The notes under the pieces were generated by a model that worked only from the letters and a program-made list of their open reading frames with translations, did no database searches and was not told the DNA's origin. Positions 49,567 through 61,420 of a stretch of 64,000 nt of DNA are shown in pieces (position 1 is the first letter of the stretch; each line of letters opens with the position of its first letter). This DNA is from Octopus sinensis (lineage: Eukaryota): contig NC_043007.1 of assembly GCF_006345805.1 (NCBI RefSeq), forward strand, positions 10,230,001 to 10,294,000, given 5' to 3'. Both the position numbers and the translations under genes were made by a program.

Positions 49567-49609
49567 TTGAACTTGACAAAGACAGACGTGCTGTTGAAAT
49601 ATCGTTCAA
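49567..49609 (+). ncRNA. Minimal hammerhead motif, U3-A8 core variant
   Basis: TTGAAC-TTGACAA-A-GACAG-ACGTG-CTGTT-GAAAT-ATC-GTTCAA, downstream of the Penelope ORF remnant. Confidence 0.65.
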
Positions 49610-49692
49610 CCAATAAAATATCTTACAATCGAATCGCGCTCTTCGTCTTGACTGTTTACCTTTGTGAAGAGTTACGTCAATCCTTTTAAAAA

Positions 49693-50033
<341 letters not shown>

Positions 50034-50041
50034 GAAAAATA

Positions 50042-51238
50042 ATGACAGGATCTAGGATGCATCACCTAAAATCTGACATAGAAAGACTATATATACAACG
50101 TATAGAAGGTGGTATACAGCTGGAAAACTACTATAAAATAACCACCATAGGACTGCAAAAATATCTACTTCAGAAGGAAGGAAAACTGATACAAATAGCG
50201 GCAAAACACGAGCAAAACAAAAAACTGTTCTCAGTATTTAAGGAAGCTGACAAATACAAACAAGAAATCATACCACCTAATAAACATGAAGAAGAAGAAG
50301 ATGAAGAAACAACAAAAGCTATAAAACAAATGAAATCCAAACTAAAAATAGAACAGCAACGAACCATGATAAAACGATGGCAAGAAAAGCCCCTTCATGG
50401 TAAATACTGCACTAAACTAAACGCAAAAGAAATAGACAAAGAAAAATCCCAGCAATGGTTGAGAAGCTCAGGACTCAAAGCAGAGACAGAGGGATTTTTA
50501 ATTGCAGCACAAGACCAAAGCCTCCCCACCAGAAATTACCAAAAACATGTAATGAAAAGAAATATTACAAGTAACTGCAGAATATGTGGAGATGGACAAG
50601 AAACAATAAATCATATTATCTCTAGCTGCCCAGTCCTGGCTAAGAAGGAATATATTCACAGACATGACAGAGTTGGAACCTACATACATTGGAAGCTATG
50701 CCAACATTATGGAATAACAACAGAAAAAATATGGTATAGGCACACACCAGAAAAGGTCACAGAAAACGAGAAAGCAACCATACTCTGGGATATGCCGATA
50801 CACACAGATAGAGAAAGTAAGGCCAACAGACCAGATATAGTTGTCAGAGACCACGAAGAAAAAAAATGCTTTCTAATTGATGTATCAATACCGGCTGATG
50901 ACAACGTGTCTCCAAAAGAAATGGAGAAACTCTCAAAATACAAAGACCTGGAAATAGAGGTAACTAGAATGTGGAATCTGAAAACAGAAACAATTCCTAT
51001 CATAGTAGGTGCATTAGGCATGATAAAAAATATTCAGACAAATACATAACAAAAACACCAGGACTTACAAACACATATAACATACAGAAAATTGCACTAC
51101 TAGGCACTGCACACATCCTACGCAGAACACTTTCCATACAATAACCATCAGAGCATCACAACAAATCACAGCACATACCCAAGGCACACAGAGCTGCGCT
51201 CGGTAGTGAAGTGAAAGCACGCTATAAAAATAAAACTA

Positions 51239-51240
<2 letters not shown>
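50042..51240 (+). mobile_element. 5'-truncated Dong-1 (R4-clade) LINE; 335-aa open segment at 50042-51049
   Basis: DIERLYIQR, WQEKPLHG, AAQDQSL, CRIC..ETINHIISSC, RHDRV, RPDIVV..LIDVSIP..EKLSKYKDL; 3' UTR then (AAT)n. Confidence 0.95.
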
Positions 51241-51303
<63 letters not shown>

Positions 51304-52891
51304 GGAAATTGGTAAAGTCTAGTTCAATCGAATTAGATGTCGAAATAATAATAAAGGAACTTGAGCAGGAACAAACCTATAAATACCTAGGAATAAATGA
51401 AGGCTCTGGTATCTAGCATGCAAGCATGAAAGAGAAGGTTAGGAAAGAATGTTATAGAAGAGTACGAGCAGTCCTGAAGTCTGAGCTGAATGCATATAAT
51501 AAGGTGTTAGCCATAAATTTCTTAGCAGTACCAGTTGTTCTATATAGCTTCAATGTGCTTAACTGGAATACCAGTGAAATAATGAAAATTGACAGAAAAA
51601 TCCGCAAGCTACTGACTTGTAATAAGATGCACCATCCAAAGGCAGACGTGGATCGCCTTTACCTTCCCAGAGCTCAGGGAGGTCGAGGTTTGATCCAGCT
51701 TGAACTTACATACAAAACCACCACAATCGGACTGGCCAAATACCTTCAAGCAACCAACGGTTGGATGCTAAAACTTGTTGAAAAACATGAAAGACTGAAA
51801 AGACTCCACTCTATTCTCAAAGAGAGCAAAAAATTCGCTGCTGATCTCTTAGATACCCACCAGATTGATCAGGCTGAAGGAAATGCGCCAACTGCAGCTG
51901 CAAAGAAAAGAAAATTAACTGCAAAGACAAAAGCACATGAAAATTTAGCTAGCAGATGGGAACAGAAACCTCTCCATGGCAAGTATGTGGCCCGTAGCAA
52001 ACAAGCTGATGTCGACCAGAAACACACGCACCAATGGTTACGAAGCTCAAGGCTAAAAGCAGAGAGTGAAGGTTTCATATTAGCTGCTCAAGACCAAAGC
52101 TTATTAACCCGGAACTACCAAGCCAATGTGATGAAAAATGGAGTTGACCCAAAATGCCGATTCTGTAACGATAAGATTGAAACAATAGACCACCTAATCT
52201 CAGGGTGTTGAGTCTTAGCACCTGCAGAATATAAAGCAAGACATGACAGAGTCGGCCAGTATTTACATTGGACAATATGTCGGCATTATAAAATCAAAAC
52301 CGCTGACAAATGGTATAAACATCATCCTGAAGCTGTGACTGAGGGAGAAAATGTGTCGATTCTATGGGACTTCCCCGTGCAGACCGACAGGACTAAAAAC
52401 TAATAAACCGGATATCATTATAAAAGATCAGACAAAAAGGATGTGTTTATTAATTGACATGAGTATTTCCTGTGATCACAATATAGCGGCGAAAGAATTT
52501 GACAAGATTAGTAAATATAAAGACCTGCTAATAGAAATTGAAAAAAATGTGGCATCTCAAGGCGACTACAGTACCAGTGATTGTAGGATCTCTAGGAATG
52601 ATAAAAAAAGGTACTGAAACCTATTTGAAAATGATTCCAGGCTTACCATCCCTACAGGAAGTGCAAAAAATCGTATTAACTGGAACGGCTCATGTACTGA
52701 GAAGAGCACTATCGTTGTGAAAATAATATCCATCCATGAATTTATTTATTTATTAATTTTTAAATACATATTTTATCTGTGAATTTGCGCGTGTAATCTG
52801 GGAATGCATACAATGCCCTTCTCTGCCCTAGGTGTATGGAAAACACTCGGCGAGAAACGGAAGAAGATTTGAAGAAAGAAGGAAAAAATAA

Positions 52892-52892
<1 letters not shown>
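51304..52892 (+). mobile_element. 5'-truncated Dong-2 (R4-clade) LINE, decayed
   Basis: YKYLGI, DVDRLYLPRAQGGRGL, CRFC..ETIDHLISGC, NKPDIII..LIDMSI..KYKDL; stops and frameshifts; flanked by (AAT)n. Confidence 0.93.
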
Positions 52893-52927
<35 letters not shown>

Positions 52928-52931
<4 letters not shown>

Positions 52932-53468
52932 GCCCTGATGCTGCACAAGGCAGTGGCTCTGATGGCTTCTCATCTTAACTGATTGGAAGTGTTATCATGT
53001 ACATTGTTTTGTCTTGCTATAAAAGATGGTCTACAGCAAATATTCTGCTCAATAACACAGATTTGTTTGTCAGTTGTTTGACCTTAACCAGTTGAGCATG
53101 TTCCTTGTGGCCGACGATATGTGCATCTTTGATCACGAGCAGAAGTAGTGGGGGAGCATCATAGCCATGTGTTGAGAGGGATTCTTTGGGGCTTGAATTA
53201 TTCACCTCTGGAAACATGGGTGTTTCGTTCAACATTCTTAAACAACCCTTATTCAGGGACTTTTGAGCGGGATGGGTTACTCGAACAGAGGGCCCCACCT
53301 GCAAGATCATGTGTTGTTTATCTTGATATCAGATCACCATGTCGCGCACACATGGTTGATTGCATGTGCCTAGTGTACCCTTATCAGACGGGTAGTCATG
53401 ATAGGTATACTGGGCTTCGTATATTTTAACCCAGTGTCACTTTGATGGCATGCACTACTCTCGCACTC
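52928..53468 (+). mobile_element. Element G, intact copy between (AAT)n tracts
   Basis: AAATGCCCTGATGC..GCATGCACTACTCTCGCACTC(AAT)n. Confidence 0.85.
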
Positions 53469-53532
53469 AATAATAATAATAATAATAATAATAACAACAT
53501 CGAATGAGAACCCAGTTTCGAAATTTCCCCAA

Positions 53533-53578
53533 AACACCTGACGAAGGCTGGAGGTTATATCAGCCGAAACGTTGTGTT
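53533..53578 (+). ncRNA. Canonical minimal type I hammerhead ribozyme motif
   Basis: AACAC-CTGACGA-A-GGCTG-GAGGTTATAT-CAGCC-GAAAC-GTT-GTGTT; stem III is the palindrome AACGTT. Confidence 0.85.
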
Positions 53579-53676
53579 AACAACAAACAAGCTGAGGACA
53601 AATATCCGTCAAATGTAAATAATATACATAATTCCCAATCTCTTAGATATAGAACTGTATTATATATATATATATA

Positions 53677-54071
53677 CTAGCAGTATCGCCCGGCGTTGCT
53701 CGGGTTTGTAAGGGAAATAACTATATAAGCATTTTTAGAGAGTTATAGCCAAAAAATAGCAAAAAAATGCATTAAAAGTGGAAAAATGATGGTAATTTTT
53801 TTTTTAAATCGTTGACTCATCGTAGACATTTTTAGAGAGTTACTTCCCTTATATAATAGCGAAAAAATGCATTAAAATGGAAGAAAATGATGGTAATTTT
53901 TTTTTTAAATCGTAGACTCATCGTAGACGCACGCTAATACCCAGAAGGGCTCGATATGAATCACGACTATAAGATACCCGGTTTTGGTTACACTGCACCG
54001 CAAAATGTTGGAGTAGTTAGGAATCTAAATCGTAGGAGACAGACACACAACTTGACTTTTATATATAAAGA
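53677..54071 (-). mobile_element. Non-autonomous Helitron, family 1
   Basis: Same termini as the other family 1 copies. Confidence 0.9.
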
Positions 54072-54785
54072 TATATATATGATTCATACAGTAGTAAATT
54101 TCCCTCTCTCTCCCTCTATCTCTCTTATAATGATATCCGTTTGGTAGCTGATAATGGTTGTATACGTTTGATGCGTTTCATGACTGTGAAGTTTTTATAT
54201 CTAGTCTTTTTGTGGTTCTAAATTGCCTTTCATTGAACTTCTAGTTCCCGTAGGATTGAACATATATTTAAGGAGTTCTTAGTTGTATTTAGAATTAAAG
54301 CTCCGGTAGGAGACTTTAACGTGTAGAATTCAAACCTTGTTATGTGAATGTCTCTTGTAGTGGTAGCTTGCAGCGTCCAGGGGTAGTGCAGTTTCGTTGT
54401 TGGATCTACGTAAGGAATTTTTCGGAGCAGGTTGAGCAAGTGTATTCTAAATGATTAATACGGAAGAGAGTGTACTGGAGGTTCTTTTTTATTTAGGACA
54501 ACGATCGTTTAGGTTTACTTCTGCACTGCTCTCTAATGGCGGGGAACGTTATGACGCAATACATACATACATACATACATACATACATACATACATACAT
54601 ACATACATAGTGTTCACTTCCTGACTCTCTCAATCTGTGAGAGTCTCAGTTCAAATGGCACGTATCTCAAATGGGCTGGACAATTTCTATTTTGGATGTA
54701 TTTGGGGTACTTAATTGTGCTCATGACTTAGAGTTTGCTTCTTCCATGGGTATGAGTAAGTATCTCATTTATTTCTTTGCCACAT

Positions 54786-54840
54786 TTATCACTGACGAAG
54801 GGAGGGTTCTTATGAACTAACCCTGAAATCGGTTCGATAT
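54786..54840 (+). ncRNA. Hammerhead motif, slightly decayed
   Basis: TATCA-CTGACGA-AGGG..CCCT-GAAAT-CG-GTT-CGATA. Confidence 0.65.
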
Positions 54841-54983
54841 GGTAATAATAGAATTTTTTAGAAATTTCTGTCGACCTTTTTTGAGTAGTGTGCGTATTGT
54901 GAAAAATTGTATGGTTATGGACAAAGTGTCTAATTTCGGCATATTTGGCATTAGAAATTTTTTCGTTTGCCCTTATTTATAAG

Positions 54984-55023
<40 letters not shown>

Positions 55024-55056
55024 CTTATATATATATATATATATATATAAAAAAAA

Positions 55057-55097
<41 letters not shown>

Positions 55098-55819
55098 ACA
55101 GAGGGAGAGAGAGAAGTAGATAGATATACAGATAGATATTGATAGTTGTCCGATCCCTAATTTCTCAGAATAGTAAGAGATGTGAGTCCCTGTTAGAGCT
55201 GTGTCCGGGAATTGACAATGGATACTGCTTGGTTGAAGATGGGGCCTGAGAGACGAACGAGTCTGAAGTGTGTGAGTAGAGAAGTTCCTGAATGAGAGAA
55301 CAGGATATGCTATACATGAGAAATTCGATAGCGACTGAAAAGGAGGACGAAATAGATAAGGAAGGAGCATATATTAAAAGTACTTTAAGCACTACATTAC
55401 ATAAACGTGCTTATATATTATATGTGTGAGTGTCTCTAAGCGCGTGGATAAGTAGATCTCTCAGTATTACTGTCTGTTTGTGCGCATATTTACTTTTCCC
55501 TAGTTATCTTCAGCTTGAAGTAGAATCATAAAGAAGTATGTTTTTCCGCCGTTTACTATAAATTTTAATTGCTGATAATGGCATTGTTATAAAGGAACAT
55601 ATGAGGGCGCAATAGGAGGACATGGTATTAAATAGATAAGGCAGGAATATTCCGGTTTGTATTTTCACATATTAGTGTCGGATATTAACACTTGTGTCAA
55701 CTGATTATTTATTTTATTTTATTTTATTTTATTTTATTTTATTTTATTTTATTTAGTTTCAGCTCACAAACTGTGGCCATGTTGGGGCACCGCCATTTGT
55801 GTCTTATTTACTTTACATT

Positions 55820-56100
55820 AATTTTGCCCGGAGTCTCGAAGTTTTTTACTAATACATTTTTGACACATGTGCAAATCCTACCGAAACCCTTAAATAATGT
55901 ATATTAAATAGTTTCCTATACCTATAATCCAGCGTAAAATGCTTTTCCACTAGTCTAAGGAAGACCTTTCCCACGCACTTTTTCACGTTGAGTAAGCAAG
56001 TGGGGATACTTATCACTTTTCGGTAGTGCTTTCTATTCAACATATTAGGACTGGCCATATAAGTAATGCGGTATTTAAATCCACAGATTGCCAGAGCCTT
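55820..56100 (-). pseudogene. Penelope-like RT C-terminal remnant
   Basis: VGKVFLRLVEKHF..YRKLFN..LRVS; same motif region as 41809-42063. Confidence 0.6.
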
Positions 56101-56125
56101 TTCATGTAGTGTTTATAGTGAATGG

Positions 56126-56521
56126 GTGGAGGCGCAATGGCCCAGTGGTTAGGGCAGCGGACTCGCGGTCGTAGGATCACGGTTTCGATTCCCAGACCGG
56201 GCGTTGTGAGTGTTTATTGAGCGAAAACACCTAATAGCTCCACGAGGCTCCGGCAGGGGATGGTGGTGGTCCCTGCTGTACTCTTTCGCCACAACTCTCT
56301 CTCTCTCTCTCTCTTACTTCCTGTTTCTGTTGTACCTGTATTTCAAAGGGCCGGCCTTGTCACTCTCTGTGTCACGCTGAATATCCCCGAGAACTACGTT
56401 AAGGGTACACGTGTCTGTGGAGTGCTCAGCCACTCACACGTTAATTTCACGAGCAGGCTGTTCCGTTGATTCGGATCAACCGGAACCCTCGTCGTCGTAA
56501 CCGACGGAGTGCTTCCATCCC
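56126..56521 (+). mobile_element. SINE-D, full length
   Basis: 11-bp TSD ATAGTGAATGG (56115-56125, 56522-56532). Confidence 0.95.
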
Positions 56522-56789
56522 ATAGTGAATGGTCAATGCAAAACAGAGCTGTAGTCTTCTTTGTTTGCTGTATGGATTCAGAGGACTGCACAAATAGTAC
56601 ATTTTGCCTTTTGACAACTTTCAAGTCCCCACTGCAATTTTTTTTCTTATACTGAACAATTGCTTGGCTTACTACCTCTATCACCTCATTTTCTTTTTCG
56701 CATTGTCTGAAGCTTCTTCTATACTTTTCTCTGGTCTCCCACTAGTTCCTCTGAAACACAGAATCCTGTATTTCATATACTCTTTTACT

Positions 56790-57158
56790 CTTTAACTTGT
56801 TTCAGTCATTTGACTGTGGCCATGCTGGAGCACCGCTTTTAGTCGAACAAATCGACCCCGGGACTTTGTAAGCCTAGTACTTATTCTATCGGTCTCTTTT
56901 GCCGAACCGCTAAGTTACGGGGACGTAAACACACCACCATCGATTGTCAAGCGATGTTGGGGGGACAAACACAGACACACAAACATATACATATACATAT
57001 ATACGACGGGCTTCTTTCAGTTTCCGTCTACCAAATCCACTCACAAGGCTTTGGTCGGCCCGAGGCTATAGTAGAAGACACTTGCCCAAGGTGCCACGCA
57101 GTGGGACTGAACCCAGAACCATGTGGTTGGTAAGCAAGCTACTTACCACACAGCCACT
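56790..57158 (-). mobile_element. SINE-C near consensus length
   Basis: Both modules present with a short internal microsatellite. Confidence 0.9.
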
Positions 57159-57248
57159 ACATTTATACACACAATTACGATGAAATTTATAAGCCTTACC
57201 TGTACGAGTGTATTTCTATAAGTGCTATATTGGAACTAAAGTCCTCTG

Positions 57249-57518
57249 GGATCTTTTCGGTTTGAACGGCAGTTTTTTCTAGCGGTGTCATATGAAATTG
57301 TCACCCATAATTATGACCCTAGTATCGATCTATTGCATCTCAATCTGTTTTAGGGTTAGGGTTAGGATTAGGGGTGGGGGAAGGGTATCTTTTTTCTTCA
57401 GAAATGTAAATAAATCCAATGTGTTTCTTAAACGAGGGACATATTCATACGGCACAGAATGTTTTCACCTCAATAGACGTCATTGATTGGTTGAAATTGC
57501 AGAAATTGAAGAAAAAAA
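57249..57518 (-). mobile_element. Partial MITE-F
   Basis: One TIR GGATCTTTTCGGTTTGAACGGCAG; TTAGGG repeats at ~57349-57372; second TIR absent. Confidence 0.85.
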
Positions 57519-57723
57519 TTGGAAGACGAAGGCTGAGATTCCACGATTTGGTTCAACGAGCCACTTACGGTTTTTCTGCCCACAGAACTAGACAAAAGGG
57601 CAGGAAGAAATGTCCAAGTGAAAGCAACACAACCCATGAGTCGACAAAAACAAGAACAACAACAGAAAGGATTGGGAATAGAAACAGAAATTGAACTCAA
57701 GGAGACAAAACAGGTACAACAAT

Positions 57724-57935
57724 GACGGATCCGGCGCCTTTCGCGGAAGCTTTCGCCCGCTTATTAGGATCGACTAACCCGTGCTCAATCGCCGCTGGCA
57801 CGGAACCCTTCTCCACATCAGTATTCGAAGGTCTCGTCCGAATATTTGCTACTACTACTGAGATCTGCACCGGCGGTCGGCTTCACTCGGGCTCGCGCCC
57901 GCGGATTCCATGCGCACCGCGGCGCCCTCCTACTT
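57724..57935 (-). rRNA. 28S rRNA fragment (~210 bp, dispersed pseudogene-like copy)
   Basis: Reverse complement of conserved LSU motifs GTAGGAGGG, GGTGCAGATCT..GTAGTAGCAAATATTC, GTGGAGAAGGGTTCC and GGGTTAGTCGATCCTAA; no other rDNA nearby. Confidence 0.92.
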
Positions 57936-58839
57936 GGTAGGAGTGAGAGTAGCACCAGCAGCAGTGACGGAAGCTACAGTAGCAAAAGCAACAATAATAA
58001 AAACTACAAGAGAACTAGAACAAACAACTTCAGAAGAAAACATTCCAGACACGGACTCCTCAACGCATCCAAGTGATGATGAGGTGAAGCCTAAAAGGTA
58101 AAGAAAAAAAAACCCATGAAAGAGATACAGTAAAAAAGGAGAAATCCAAGAAACAGCAAACACAGACATACCGATAATAACACCAACTTCATCATCATCA
58201 TCATCATCATCATTGTTCGACCGTGGTCGAGACTAAATTCCATAGTCTTTTCAAATGGCTAATAATGTGTGCGCGCGCCACTACTACACACATTGGAAAG
58301 CATTGTACAACCAAGTACTAAAGAAGATCTTTCCTCCTCCATGAAACAAAGCTGTTTCCGCTGGACGTCAACCCAGTATTTCTAAGCTACGGACCGAGTG
58401 ATTTATTGTAAGGTTATCTCCCTAGATAGATTGCCTTCACTACGGCTAAGGAGCCCTTTCTACCCTAACACCAACACTACAAGCACCACAGTCACCAACA
58501 CCATCACAAACACCCACAACAAAATCAAAATCACAACAAACTTTAGAAAGTAAATGTCGCTACAAAGACAACAACCATCCGCGCAGCAGCGGAATTTCGT
58601 GTTTGTGAGAAGGACCAATGAAAAGCTGATGGCTCTTATAGCGCAAAACGAGAACATTGAAGCAGAGGGGGTGATCTGCAGTCCCAACACTTTTAGAGTA
58701 CCGGAGAGCCTAATGGTGGTGTGAATGACATTACAAACTTATACGAGCATTAAGCACAGAGAACCACTCGACCACAAAGAGCACCAGGAGGGTAAGTGAC
58801 ACTCCCTTTTTCCTTTCCTTACTTCCTGGTCAGCGCTGC

Positions 58840-60445
58840 GGTTCTTAAAGTAGGTTATATAAATATATGTGATCTGGGGTCATCGTGCGAGCAAAGATGC
58901 TTGCGCAACGATCTTAGGTGGCTAAGTCTGGACGTAATAGCCGTCATTGCGACGAAGATCAACACACGGGCCTTGGCACCCATTTTCGAGATTTTCGTAT
59001 CTCTTAGTCGACCGGTAATGGGAAGTTGGATGGCAATGTTGCTCAGGAAAGACCTGGATCTCGAGATAGGGTCGGTTTTCCTGGACTCGGAAGGTAAGTC
59101 GGTGGTCATGGACGCGAACGATAACGAAAGCAGTGCTATTAGACTGGTCGCAGTGTACGCACCAATCAGAGCTGGGTAGCCGAAGTTCTTCAGACGCCTG
59201 GAGGCCTTTCTAAGGTCGTCTCATTCTTTAGTATTAGCGGGCGAATGGAAAGCCGTTTTAGATGCACGTGTGGATTGGTAGTGCTAGCAGATAGGAAAGG
59301 TGGGTGCGCAAACCTACTCAGTCGTTTCCAGCTGGCAGACAGGTTCAGACTGGATTTCCCGAATACTATAGTGTGGACATGCGCAAAATCTGTCGGGTCA
59401 TCAAGATCTTATCTAGATAGAGTACTTTGTAGGCCACCAGATAGGATAGCATAGGTTGTCCAGAATTTGAATTCGTCAACTACACAAACCACAAATTTGT
59501 GATCTGTACGGTTGACCTAGATAGGCTTCATAGGTAGGGACCTGGATACTGGAAGCTGAACGCGCCCTTCCTGGTGCGTCAGACTTTCAGAGACTGGCTT
59601 AGCAAGTTAGTCCATCGAAAGTTGACGGGTGCAGTCGTCAACAACCAATGGATATGGGGGAGGGCTAAAACGGGTGATTGGAGTAGAAGCTGTAGAATGT
59701 AGCAGGGAACTAGCGATAGGGAAGACTAGTGTAGAGGGAGATCTAGTTAGGAAATTAGAAGAGGCACTCAATAGAAGCATAGTGACCGACGTGCTGGCAG
59801 CGTGAATGTTTCTGAACTAATTCTTCAACACAAAGTACGAAGGCTGCATTGTCAGAGCTAGTGCGCGTGCTCTAAAACAGAAGGGAGCGAAAGCCGTTCG
59901 ATGGGCTCGGGTGGCCGAGGCGCAAAGTGGTAATAAACCTACAATTCGGTCTTGGAGGGGTCGGGACAAGCGCATGCTACACGAGTCAAAGAAAATTTGT
60001 GCGGAATTTCAGAGGTATTTTTCTGAACACTACGGGGCGTAGAGGCGGAGGTGAACTTCATTTCCTACCTTGATGTTATGCTGCGGTTTTCGGCTAGGGA
60101 TGTGGAGTTCTGTGAAATGCTGATAAAAGCTGAAGATATACACGAAACGTTGGTTAGTTGCACGAGGGAGAGGTCTCTGGGTTTGGATGGTTTGCTCTTC
60201 GAGCGTTATATACATATGCCAAGCTTGTTTGGTGAGGTTTTGGACGACGTCTACCGTAACTGGCATCGGAATGAGAGAATAACCGGATCTGTGAGCCGAG
60301 GTGTGGTGACGCTACTGAGAAAGGATCCGAATAGGGGGACATTGTTGATAACTTTAGGCCGGTAAATCTACTAAAAACAGATTACAAACTTTTGGCCATG
60401 GTGTTAGCAAAGAGGTTGGCACTTGTCGTCGACAGACTGATGGGT
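58840..60445 (+). pseudogene. Tx1/L1-clade LINE ORF2 remnant (APE endonuclease and RT N-terminus)
   Basis: LKVGYIN..LDVIAV, RLVAVYAP, SRSYLDRV, GYWKLN, SLGLDGL, RGVVTLLRKDP, NFRPV..DYKLLAMVLAKRL; ORF1-like remnants probably at 57520-58800. Confidence 0.88.
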
Positions 60446-61051
60446 GTGATGCGCAGACTTGTTGAACGCGCTTTTCTGCAGCTCGTCTCTTTGACGGAGT
60501 TGCAGTCCTGGATCAAGCATAGACCGAGGCAGGGTGCTTAGCACCTAGAGTGTCTGCAAGCGCTCACAGCACTCTACATACGATTATGTAAAAAAAAAGA
60601 GAAGGGATGTCGAGGTGTTGGTGGTGGTGCATGATTTAAGGTCTATTTGGTTGTTATCTTTAGTACATCTCTGTACCAGGGTACAATGGGACGAGCAAAA
60701 AAGAATATTCCTAAGGTATGACGTCATACATAAGCAATCTCTAACAGGAACACTTGAGCGTTCTGTTTTGCTGCAGCTGTAATGTGAAAGAGTGGTTAAA
60801 GCAAATAAAGTGGCCCTTAAGCAAATGCATCAACTTGGCAAAGTGAACAAAACGACAAAAACACAACTCAAAAACAAAAGCAAAAAAACATGATGTACTT
60901 TGCTTTGTTCTGGTTTAAAGTATGTCATACAAATTGTGAATTAGCTTTTCTTTCGCTTTTCTCTATCTATGCTTGTTTTTATCCATATGAGCTGTTTGCA
61001 GTGCTTGTACGTTTATCTCCATTCGTATGTTTATTTATGTATGGATGTATG

Positions 61052-61112
<61 letters not shown>

Positions 61113-61124
61113 GGATAAACGTCG

Positions 61125-61420
61125 CCCTTTTCAAGCGTAGCCAGGCTCACGGGCCAGATTTCCCAGTTTCTGTGGCGTATGTGTTCCCCCTAGCTGGACA
61201 GGACGCCAGTCCATCGCAACGTTATTCAAGAAACAGGAAGAAAGAGTGACAGAAAGTTGGGGCGAAAGACAACAGGGGTCGCCACCACTCCCTGCCGGAA
61301 CCTCGTGGAGCTTGTAGGTGTTTTCGTTCAATAAACACACTCAACGCCCGGTCTGGGAATCGAAACCGCACTCCTCCGACTGCGAGTCCGCTGCTCTAAC
61401 CACTGGGCCATTGCGCCTCC
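61125..61420 (-). mobile_element. SINE with SINE-D head and a different tail
   Basis: Head GTGGAGGCGCAATGGCCCAGTGG; tail GCGATGGACTGGCGTCCTGTCCAG..CAGAAACTGGG. Confidence 0.8.

Noticed and set aside
56126-56200. Possible tRNA genes (also at 22926, 49801 and 61350)
   Set aside because: A and B boxes are present, but acceptor stems are not closed and they continue into SINE bodies or tails; the 56126 copy has a TSD.
57724-57935. rDNA locus
   Set aside because: Only about 210 bp of 28S is present, with no 18S, 5.8S, ITS or adjacent 28S sequence.
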